From positions 46,252,001 through 46,316,000 of the forward strand of contig NC_043008.1 of the NCBI RefSeq assembly GCF_006345805.1: DNA of 64,000 nt, given 5' to 3'. Numbering within the stretch: position 1 is the stretch's first letter; each line of letters opens with the position of its first letter. Under the pieces are notes generated by a model. The model made no database searches, was not told the origin of the DNA, and saw only the letters and a list, made by a program, of their open reading frames with translations. Source of the stretch: Octopus sinensis. Taxonomy: Eukaryota. Both the position numbers and the translations under genes were made by a program. Of this stretch, positions 52,880 through 64,000 are shown piece by piece.

Positions 52880-53150
52880 AGCCTCTCGGAGAGTTCTTAA
52901 TTACTGGTTATTCTTTACTTGAAAGCAGGCAACAACAATTCACCAAAGGTTTCAAGTAGTGCCTTCTTACGTGACTCAGACAGACAATACTCTCCTTAGA
53001 ATGCGACCCGTACCCAAAAGTGCCGTCTTTTGGATCAGTTCGAGCATGACAGCAGTTCCAATATTCTCAATGTTTTTCAAAGCCCTTTTATTTCCCATTT
53101 CAACACTCATGATGAAGGTCGGTGAATTTTAGATGACACAACCACCCGTA
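52880..53150 (-). pseudogene. R4/Dong-type 3' end fragment
   Basis: Minus strand IGTAVMLELIQKTALLGTGRILRRVL, the typical C-terminus; (AAT)n nearby. Confidence 0.7.
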
Positions 53151-53238
53151 TTTTATTATTGTTATTTTAACGTCTTTGCATAGCTTCTAACGCTAGAGAT
53201 GCACTGCGGTGTCAGCTGTTCAATTATTATTATCCTCA

Positions 53239-53293
<55 letters not shown>

Positions 53294-53419
53294 TATTATT
53301 GAGGCGGCGAGTTTTTTGTTTTGAAATCATTCACAATCTAACAACACAACATCGCTAGTCATTATTGCTGTATCATGTAAATAAAGACAACCCCACCCCC
53401 CACCCCACCTTGAATGGTT

Positions 53420-53930
53420 GGACGTCAAAACCGCCATGCGATGTTTCCAAATCTGCTTCCTTTCGTTCTACACGTATTACTTGCAAAGGTCTGTTGACCT
53501 TTTGACCTTTTGACCTTTTGTTAAGAGTTGACTTTCTTCAAAATAATAATATGGTTGCATGACGATGTGAAGGAACATTGTGGTTTGAAATGACGAACAG
53601 TTGCTATGGAAACGAGGCATGGGTCCTCATGATTAATGATATTTCCAGCATTTTATGGAATTACTCTATAAAGAAAGGTCATACTGTTGAAGTGAGATTA
53701 AAAGATATGATTTAAATGACAAACATTGCAAGCTGTGTGAGATTATAGACATCGCAATCCTGTATATCAGCAGAGTGGATATCAGTAAGATAAGAAATAT
53801 TGAAAACTATCAGGAGTTAACCCAAGAGATACAAAATATGAAAGACACCATCCTAAAAGTTGTTATTGCGATTGGTTTTGTCATCGAAACAATATCCAGA
53901 AACCCTGAACAAATATATTGGAACTGAATT
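53420..53930 (+). pseudogene. R4/Dong-type CCHC/RLE-domain fragment
   Basis: Decayed ILWNY.I..GH.VE.R..D..IIDIAI..KIENYQEL motif series. Confidence 0.55.
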
Positions 53931-55271
53931 ACGTATTGGTAATTTATAGCAAAGGGCCATCCTGTATTTTCCAAGAATCCTAAGATTCCTGCGATTCATC
54001 GCGATTTTTCCAACTAAACGTCTAACTAAACGTGAAATATATTACCAAGTAAAAGCTTCTGCACAACAACAATTAGAGTATTTAAATATGGAGGGTAGAA
54101 ATGGAAATATTGGTTCACGAGACGTGGGTTGGGCAAGGTGCATCTGGATATAAAGTGGGGAATAACACCAGACAACGCGAAACAACCTCGACAGAAGGTC
54201 AGACTAAAGCACCAGAGAACATCCTCATGCAGGGAACCAATGATCTGCCAGACTATGTGAGGATCTACGATTTGATCGGAAACTTTCCTGCTGCAACAAC
54301 ACACTCTACCCACGGATTTTGAGAGGAACTCCAAACTGTTTCCACCCTTTGTAATGACCCTATGTTTACAACGACTGAAAGTGAGACAAAATGCATAAAA
54401 CAGAACTGGCATAGGGGTGAGCATTAAGATTTCATAGCAGAACCGTGTATTGTTTCACCTCGTAGACATCAGCAATATCTTCAACCACCTGCAACGTCTA
54501 ACGGGAATCTGCAACAACGGCTAATTGGGGAGGGGGGTTGTAAAAAATCTCTTGAACGTACCGTGTTACATCATTCAAAACTTACTGGCTCAGAAATCGA
54601 GTAGGCCATTGAAAGCAACAGTTATGTTTGCAGAGAAAAAGAAGCAGAAGTCGACATGGAAATACTTCTGAAGTAAAACAGGATTCAGAAGCGACCTCCA
54701 AAATATTTCAATTTACAGACTCTACAATAAATCTTCGACAAAAATGGGAAATCCTGTTCAAATTGTCGATGGAATAACAACTAAAATCGTCAAGATCGAA
54801 AAATCCCTATCGATGCAAGGAAGTCTTTAGACACTCCCCGAAAGCTATTTGAAATAGCAAATATAACAGAAAATATGAGTTAAGAGAGTTAAGAACTGGG
54901 CTGAGACAATCGATTAATTTCGTCCCTTCAAAGTTGATGGCGTTGGACGAATTATTCAAGAGTATTTCTCGTATTACATCTTTTTCTATATTTCATTGCA
55001 CAAACGATGTGCATGCGTGAAGATAAACATTTTAAACGAGGTCAACCCTACGTTAAGTCAATTTCACGGACGCTCAGTTAAACATTTATCAATTTCTTTA
55101 GTTTTCCCCTTAACATAAATGATCGAGTTATAAGCAAACACTGATATCGCTATCTCTCGTAATATTACACATCTCTCATTCTATATCTCTCACTCTCTCC
55201 CCCTCATTCTATCTCCCCCTCTTTCCATCACTCTTTCTTACCATCTCTCTCAAATTCTTTCTCCTTTCTCT

Positions 55272-55319
<48 letters not shown>

Positions 55320-55949
55320 ATACAGAGAGAGGGGAAGATAGGAGAGAGAGATATACGATGCGTTAATCCTTCAGATATTTCGCGAGATATTTCAATGGCA
55401 TACTTCTTCTCTTACTAATTATAAGGCCTTAAGTCGTAAGCAGGGTTAAAGTGACCGGACCGTTTAAGGAATAGCACCAATTTATACGGGTTAGACATAA
55501 TAATGAAGATACTTCGTTGAATAAATTTTTATTTAATGCACAGATAGTCCACGTTTTGGCATTATTCATAGCTTTAATACACCGAGGAACTGACTTGTTC
55601 AAGTTCCGAACAGTTTTTAGAGGAACTGTGATCCGTTCTTCACGTATAAATCTGCTTTAGCCTTTTCAGTGGCACGGCGAAGTGGAACTTGTTGCTCGAG
55701 AATGCACTATAACTGTTCCGGGTGAATATGGGGATCAATTCAAGAGGTCTACTTTGCTTTGGTGGTCTTTGTTCCAGTTTTGAACGACGTTAGCAGTGTT
55801 AAGCGATAATTTGGAATCTTTTCTTGAATCTTTGCAAATGTCCACAGAAGATGATATTTGGGTTGATCAATAAATTGAAACAACAAATTATGCAAATATT
55901 TTCATTAAAGAGGTTGTTGAAGTCAAAACTAAACAAAAGTTGACCCTAT

Positions 55950-58100
55950 CTGCACCGTAGCAATTTGTTATACCTGGTCGTTATGAAATGTGCCATATAA
56001 TTTTAATAGTGAAACAAATGTTGGCTTGTATAATACTTTCTATCTCTCAAGTTAAATACAAGATCCATTCTTCTTCCAGACTGTCTACCAACTGACGGTG
56101 CACCAATTTACTGTCTCTCCACTTTGGGCTTCATGATTACAGCTTCCTTTGCCGATCCATGTCCTTCATCTGGTCTAGGCACTGAAGACCAATGTTCGCG
56201 AGCTTCCATATCCCGGTCTGGAAGCTGCTTCGCCGAACATGATGCTCAAAAACGTTTCTACACGGGAGCAGTGAAGCGAGAATGAATTGCTTAGATTTTG
56301 TGAAATCATCCTTCCCACCGCACTTTGCTCGCAAGGTTGTGAACCGCAGTGTATTTACCTTTTTTGTCCTTTTGTGACCATACAGCACACATGTGAGCCT
56401 CTCCAGTCCATTCATGACCTTCTCGGTGACTTCCCAAGACTCTTCTAACTTGGAGAACGCTTTCTGGAATGATTCATCTGTTTCAACGACTTTCAGTCTC
56501 TTCTCTTTCGCCTTCCCTTTGAAGGCACTCTCGGACCGGTGAAGGCATGATAACCCATCAATGCAGAACAGGGAAGAGGCGTGGAAGACAGAGCCAGATT
56601 GGTCGCACCGCTAGAGCGTCATGTGTTTCCCTTCACAGTTTCAAACAGAATTTGAAGTCCTTCCAGGAATCTAGCATGGTGAAGTAAGATAAAAAAAATA
56701 TGTCTGAATGGGGACTCCCCACGCGAACGAACTTGCATCCCTGTTCTTGGCATACATGCAATAAAGGATGACACGTGTATCAGTTACTTCCTCTGAAGAT
56801 TCGAGAAAGTGTATTTTTTAACAGAATGTGTTATGTCCATCCAATGTCAACTGTGAGCTTCTCCTTTACATATCAGTATCAGCTCGTGTCCAGTGAGAAT
56901 TCCGGCAGACACTCCACTCCTCTAAGCTTAGGGCAAAAGCTGAAGGAACTGTGTTCTGTTCTTATCGTATGCAAAAAGATTTCCCAGTTTTTCAGACGCT
57001 TTGTTTTCTCACCACTTAGGATGAGTTTGTCTCCAACACCTCGTCTGTTTCGTTCCAGCCCTTTTTTACAGAGCCTTCCTGGTACATGTCAGTTCGAAAT
57101 ATGACAGGTAACAGGTGAGGAGCAGATGCCAACACATTACCAGATATTTACCCCGAATGTTTGTGACAATGGAACACTGCATTTCCATCCTCCATGATGA
57201 TCTCTCCTGGATCAGGTAACTGTGCATCATCACATTCTTTCACATGTTTAAAGCCTTTCGATTTTTCTGTTCTTGCTAAAAATCCGCCGATCCAATGCTG
57301 TATGGAACAGGTGTCAATGAAAACGTCAATAGTTTCTCAAGGTCAACTTTCTGATCAATCTCTGCTTGAGGTCTCACTAGTAGATGAAACGCCATGTTTC
57401 CCCGCTGCTTGTACTCGATGCCTTTCTTTTGGGAAGTTGAGGGTTTCACGGACTCGTGCATGTGTGCCGTAGTTTTCATATTTGGGCGTTTAACAAAATC
57501 TAAGAAGCCATCATTCTTCGTTAGTTTTACCTTGCTAGCCTGCCAACAATCTCAGCAGTGAGAAAGTCCTTCGCAACTTCTTCTGAAGCCGGAGCGACGG
57601 ACGTTAGATTATACAACTTTCCATCATGCGGGATGTGGAAAAGGTTGTTGAAGCATTTAATAGCTGCAACAGTCCTTGAGACAAGTTTCTCGCAGCTGGT
57701 AGCAATTTTAAAAGGGCAATCATCCTGATGTTACAGTCCTTTGTCTTCTTTATCAGACATTCCCGCTAGACAAAATGTAGCCTGAAAGAAATTGGTTGTT
57801 TCTTTTTTTACCTTTGTCCATCTTTGAAAAGACATTGTAGTTTGTCTGCAGACCGCTAATGCCCGCTCCAGTCGCGCCACTCCCATCTTTTGATTTTGCA
57901 TCCTTCATAAAAGTCTCTTTGATTGTCTCATCGACATCACGCGTATTTCCTAGAATAAAGGATCTCGCCACAATGGGTATCTTCCAACCCATTTTTATTT
58001 TGAAGTAGCATCAATGTTCTGACTGTTAGACCCAGGACCACATGAAAGTACCCATTAAAGTAAATCCCAAGGGTGGTGCACCATGATCCCCTCTGGCCCA
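55950..58100 (-). mobile_element. Decayed DNA transposon transposase, Academ-like
   Basis: XPG-like H3TH motif ALMGYHAFTG..SAFKGKAK (~56520-56570), LLPCRNVFEHHVRRSSFQTGIWK (ORF 56137), DETIKETFMKDAKSK..GISGL (ORF 57753). Termini not found. Confidence 0.55.
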
Positions 58101-58606
58101 TGACCCATTATTGCTAGTTGCAAATGCCGAGTGGACGTTGTGCTTATTACATAGTTTATTGTATTTATTCGATTCAAGAAAATGTCTCTCTACAAAATAT
58201 ATTCAAAAAAGAAAATATAAACAATCAAATGAAATCCTTCAAATGGAACATTTTACAAAGAATAACCTACGCTATTTTACGTGTGGAAGTTGCTAATCAA
58301 GATATGAATACAGAGGGTATTTCAAATGTTTGTAAGGGAAGGGATACTAAAATTTGGGTAAATTAGGGTTAAGTATTTGGTGATCCTTCCTTAAAACTAT
58401 TCGAAATTCACTGTAATATTATATCTTCATTAGTAACGACGAAAATAACGTAAATTACGGGGTTTTTTCAAAATTATATTGCATTTGTAGGATATTGTCT
58501 GATGCCAAGTGACTGACGCCGATTTTCGAATATATTATATTTTATATTATCTATGTGTTACGCATGAATGTGTTTTTACGTGCGTGTGATGTGTGTGGGT
58601 ACGTAC

Positions 58607-58671
<65 letters not shown>

Positions 58672-58795
58672 TATATAATAATAATATATATAATATATAC
58701 ATAGATATTATATAATATATATATAATATACATATATATATATATATAATATATATATATACACATATACATATACATAATATATATATACTATT

Positions 58796-58837
<42 letters not shown>

Positions 58838-58983
58838 TATATATATACACATATATATATACACATATATATATACATATATATATTATATATATATACA
58901 TATATATATATATACATATATTACATATTATATAATACATATATATATACATATATATATATATACATACATATATATGTGAA

Positions 58984-59329
58984 GGCGCATGGCTCAGTGG
59001 TTAGAGCGTCGAGCTTACGATCGTGAGGTTGTGAGCTCGAATCCCGGACCGGGCTGCGTGTTGTGTTCCTTGAGCAAGGCACTTTATTTCACGTTGCTCC
59101 AGTTCACTCAGCTGTAGAAATGAGTTGCGACGTCACGGTGCCAAGCTGTATCGACCTTTGTCTTTCCCTGGATAACACTGGTGGTGTGGAGAGGGGAGGC
59201 TGGTATGCATGGGCGACTGCTGGTCTTCCATAAACAACCTTGCCCGGACTTGTGTCTAGGAGGGTAACTTTCTAGGTGCAATCCCATGGTCATTCATGAC
59301 GAAGGGGGTCTTTTTTTACCCTTTACACC
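58984..59329 (+). mobile_element. tRNA(Arg-like)-derived SINE, apparently full-length
   Basis: A box TGGCTCAGTGG (58990-59000), ACG in an anticodon-like loop, B-box-like gctcgaatccc, then SINE body (cttgagcaaggcac...). Confidence 0.88.
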
Positions 59330-60129
59330 ACATATATATATAATATATATATATATATTATATATATATATTTATATATACATATATATATACATTGTGT
59401 GTTTTTTTTCTTTTTTAGTTAATATAATTTCCTCCAACGCTCAAAAGTTTGTAATCTTCAATAACCTCAATAGTTACTGAATTTCTTTGCATTTCTCTTA
59501 AATTTCATTCTGCATTTTACTACAATTAGTTTACACATGTCAACATCACAAATTACACAACTAACATTGAAGCAATAACATTTGGTGAAAATGCATCCCT
59601 GAACCACGAGATACTGAGCAATGAAATAAGAACTACGGTCTGCTATGATATTTTGTTCAAATTCCTTCCACATGATCTCGCAATATAAAAAATTAAGCAA
59701 AACACGTAATGTTTGTAAAGAATCGTTTGATTTTCTCCATCTGTGTAGTTGAGGTTAATTAATCAATCAAATGACAGTTTAATCAAATGACTGATTAATC
59801 AAATGAAAGGTTAATTTAAGCTAACGGCAAGTGGAATTGTTTGTATCTTCTACTAAATTACTTTTTTCCTAACAAACTCTGAATAATATTTCGAAAGTAG
59901 TGGGTCATGTACTTTGGATCTAAAATCGCATCTATACGGATTGACATCGCATCAGGCTGACGAATTCGTTAGCCGACTTATATTTGCACAGAGTGCTTGA
60001 ACAGGTATTCGCTTGCGTTTATTTAACTCCTAATTTCTTTCTTAAACACACATATGCCCCCTCCCCTCACACACAGGCACATATAACGATAGCGAATACG
60101 GTGACTAATACAGCCTCAAAATTTATTTC

Positions 60130-61510
60130 CTTTATTTCACAATGCTTTAAGCATAAGTTTTGATGTAACATCTGGGATAATGATAGAAAACATAACAAAA
60201 ATGCTAAATGGTTGAAGAAATTAAGGTCGGAAAATAGGAAGAGAAACAGCAACATTTGAAGAACGACGGAAATGGTAAGCGAACAGACAACAAAGATCCC
60301 AAACTCGAAATGCACAGAACTGGAAGGGATACAAGGATATTAGATGAAAAATTTCCCAGCACAGAAAAATAGCCACGCAAACGGATACGTTTATCAACAA
60401 CGGTGTACGAATCCCAGAGTGGCTGACCACAGGTGAAACTATTCTTTACCAAAAGGTTTCTAGCAAATGCAATGCAGTGGATAATTACCAGCCTATCACA
60501 TGTCTACCCGTGATGTGGAAGCTGATGACGGGAATAATATCTAATCATGTGTATGACCTCCGCAAATGAATGACAAACTGGAAGAGGAAGGGTGCAGAAG
60601 GAGAAGCCTAGGGACAAAAGATGAACTTCTGATAGCCAGGATGGTACTGAACGACGGTCAGAAAAGACGTATTAGTCTGCACATGGCATGGATCGATTCT
60701 ATGAAAGTGTATGACATGGTCCCCTATTCTTGGATTCTAGAAAGTCTTCAGCTGGTACAGTGTCTGATAACATATCAAATTTTATTAGTGATCAATGAAA
60801 AACTGGAATACAAAGTTAAATTGATGTGGAAAATTGTTGGCGGGGGTTAACATCAAGAGGGGCATATTTCAAGATGATAGCCTATCAACATGGCTGTTTG
60901 TGATTTCTATGACAGTAAGTGACATTAGGGTACACCTTGAAAGGTGGAGGAAAATTAAATCATCTGTTATATATGGATGATTTAAAGATCTTTAGACAGA
61001 CGGAACATGAAATAAACGGCCTATTTTCAACAGTGCAGATATTGAGTAAGGATATCGGAATGGAATAATTTGGGACTGCAACGTGTGATATGCTTATAAT
61101 ACAAAGAGACAATGTAGTGTTGTCTGATACCGAAAAAATCAAGGATGTTGAAACTGAGAGATTCAAACATGAAGGAATTTTAGAATGTGACAAAATCAAG
61201 GTAAGTGAAATACAGGTAAATTTTAGGCGAGAATATTTTAGAAGAACCAGAGGAGTAAACACATGGGCTGTTTCCTTGATGCGATATATCGCAGATGTTG
61301 TTAGGTGGACAAAGAGCAAACTTGAGGAGATGGAAAGGAAGTAGAAAGGAAAACTAGAAAAAGGAGGACAATTAACAAGGAACCACAACCCAAAAGCGAT
61401 ACTGACAGACTGTATGTGCCTCGAAATAGGGGTGGATAAAGTCTCATAGGGTGCAAAATCTGTGTTGTCAACGAGAACAACAGTTTGGTATCGCTGTTAG
61501 AATTAACCTA
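60130..61510 (+). mobile_element. R4/Dong-clade LINE RT remnant
   Basis: NYQPITCLPVMWKLMTG, GCRRRSLGTKDELL, AWID..YDMVPYSWI, HLLYMDDLK (YMDD 60970-81), LYVPRNRGG. Many lesions. Confidence 0.85.
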
Positions 61511-61622
61511 CTGAAAATGATTATTTCACGACCAGTCTATGCTATTCGAATGAAACCGATTCCGATCAGCGGATCGAATCGCTTCCGATCAGATCCAATC
61601 CTGGAGACCGATGGAATGGCAG

Positions 61623-61672
<50 letters not shown>

Positions 61673-61774
61673 TATATTATATAATATTATTAGAGACAAA
61701 ACCACTATTTTGCAAAACAAACAAGGAAAGACTTAATCAATACATAAAATTTTAATAAAAAGTAAAAAAAACCG

Positions 61775-61817
61775 CCACTACAATTGTTTCTTGTCCTGAT
61801 CGACAATCTTCAGGTGG
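61775..61817 (-). ncRNA. Minimal type I hammerhead ribozyme (mirror copy)
   Basis: Reverse complement of 62957-62999. Confidence 0.85.
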
Positions 61818-62956
61818 ACTTCCAATCTAAAATATCAATATTTTAAAATATAAAAATAATAATTTTAAAATAATTAAAGTATTAATGAAAAATATAAATA
61901 TATAATCTATATATAACCTATATATAATCCATATATAATCAATATATAAACAATATATAAACTAAAATAAACCTATCAACAATTAAATATAAAAATATAA
62001 AACAAAACAAAAAATAAACTATATATACACCCATACACATATAACTAATTATATATAACCATATCTAAATACATACACTAAATCACACACCTATATATAT
62101 ATCCCTATACATACACATAAAAACTTTCTAGGCAACGATAAATAAATAAAATAGCCAAATACTTCAACACAATACTTATTCATACTCCCTCACACACACA
62201 TACAACCCACATTCCCGCTCTAGAAACGAACATCATTTAAAATTATGAATGGAGAAATAGAATAAATGGAATTAAGAATTATATTCACTTAGTAAAACAA
62301 ACATTACTTAAAAATTATGAATGAAATAATGTAATAAAATAACAGACATCGTAAATAGACATAAATTACTACGAATTCTTTAATAAAACTACCATGATAA
62401 ACTAATACTCATAAAAACATATAATGATAAAATATCCCTTTACTAAACTCTATAACATACCTATATAGCAATCCCCCTAACCTAAACATTCACACACAAA
62501 TACACACACGTAAACCACACACCCACGACATATACAAATACCCACCTCACTCACACATACCTGTGGGTTGTATGTGTGTGTGAGGGAGTATGAATAAGTA
62601 TTGTGTTGAAGTATTTGGCTATTTTATTTATTTATCGTTGCCTAGAAAGTTTTTATGTGTATGTATAGGGATATATATATAGGTGTGTGATTTAGTGTAT
62701 GTATTTAGATATGGTTATATATAATTAGTTATATGTGTATGGGTGTATATATAGTTTATTTTTTGTTTTGTTTTATATTTTTATATTTAATTGTTGATAG
62801 GTTTATTTTAGTTTATATATTGTTTATATATTGATTATATATGGATTATATATAGGTTATATATAGATTATATATTTATATTTTTTCATTAATACTTTAA
62901 TTATTTTAAAATTATTATTTTTATATTTTAAAATATTGATATTTTAGATTGGAAGT

Positions 62957-62999
62957 CCACCTGAAGATTGTCGATCAGGACAAGAAACAATTGTAGTGG
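62957..62999 (+). ncRNA. Minimal type I hammerhead ribozyme
   Basis: ccac-CTGAAGA-ttgtc-gatcag-gacaa-GAAAC-aatt-GTA-gtgg. All stems are Watson-Crick paired. Predicted cleavage after 62995. Palindrome ACAATTGT. Confidence 0.87.
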
Positions 63000-63176
63000 C
63001 GGTTTTTTTGACTTTTTATTAAAATTTTATGTATTGATTAAGTCTTTCCTTGTTTGTTTTGCAAAATAGTGGTTTTGTCTCTAATAATATTATATAATAT
63101 TTTACTATAAAATTGGATTTAATCCTAAATCTGATTTTTTTTCCCTGTAAATTTGGATTTATTCCCTAATATTTAT

Positions 63177-63281
<105 letters not shown>

Positions 63282-64000
63282 GTTTCTTCCTTCTGCTTCC
63301 TTGCTTGGCTAACCCCAGTCAATTATTTATAAAAAGGGCAAGAAATCTAAATTTGAAACATTTTTTGATAAATCCGATAAGGGAAGAAAGCTCTAAAAAT
63401 GTAAATAAGATGTAAATAAAAAATATATATATAATCATCCAACATTCCTCATTATTCGAAATATACAATATCTACACAACACTTCAAAAACTCTCTCTCT
63501 CTCTCCCTCCCCCTCCATCTCTCTCATATGTATCTATGTATATATGGCAAGAAACTTAAATGAACGAATGTACTTTCATTCTACATGAATCTAAAATGGA
63601 ATCGGGAAAGACACGACTATGTCTGTTTAATTCTATGGCTGTATGAGCTAAATTACTGAAGGACAGAAATTTGAATATTATAGAAGACCATATTGAGTTT
63701 ACAATGAAATTTAATCAGAAATAAGAGTCATTTCTAGACATTTTTTAATCGTGGAAAAATAGAATGAAATAACCACTACATACACATGGATTCGAAACTG
63801 TGTTTTCTTTGTACATCCTGCCATCCTGAACGTCCCAAATTAAACATTCTTTCCACCTTAACAGGATTCGCGCAATAGTTTTAAACTGACAGAACTAGAT
63901 CAAGAATTAGACCTTTGAAACAGACTAATTCAAAGAGTGTTTCTATTAAATAGTATTGTAAATGTACTGGAAAGGACAAAATGCTTAAGGCCCAATGATC

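Larger units (their letters stand above)
61675..63175. mobile_element. Penelope-like non-coding element with ~537-bp inverted arms (61675-62211 / 62562-63099) and a 350-bp spacer
   Basis: Arms are near-perfect reverse complements with one hammerhead each. Right arm is extended by the tail seen at 18858-18932. TA arrays on both flanks. Confidence 0.85.

Noticed and set aside
51620-54424. ORFs 51620..51970 and 54026..54424 as host exons
   Set aside because: No recognisable domain or convincing splice context; surrounded by decayed retroelements.
1565-58864. Many I/Y/C/V/H/T-rich ORFs in the track (e.g. 13186, 16073, 29454, 42305, 47847)
   Set aside because: Translations of (TA)n/(CA)n/(TATG)n microsatellites, not genes.
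58984-59055. tRNA-Arg-like sequence
   Set aside because: Anticodon stem does not pair and the sequence runs into a SINE body; it is a SINE head, not a tRNA gene.

Overview
Eukaryotic, AT-rich, repeat-dominated DNA. The SINE families and huge (TA)n arrays point to an octopus (coleoid cephalopod) genome; this is recognition from memory, not a search. I found no convincing host protein-coding exon, and most ORF-track entries are microsatellite artefacts or retroelement ORFs. The window holds about nine copies or fragments of three CR1/L2-group LINE families (16.6-47.9 kb), all bounded by TA arrays. One is near full-length, with an intact ORF1 (Myb/SANT-like N-terminus plus CCCH finger) and a tandem-repeat 5' region. 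Also present are RTE, Tx1/L1 and R4/Dong remnants, an Academ-like DNA transposon remnant, tRNA-derived SINEs and a 1.1-kb tandem duplication. The most striking feature is a set of non-coding, Penelope-like elements, mostly inverted repeats, carrying type I hammerhead ribozyme folds. There are nine well-formed folds in four sequence families plus three degenerate ones, with palindromic stem III and compensatory base changes between copies.
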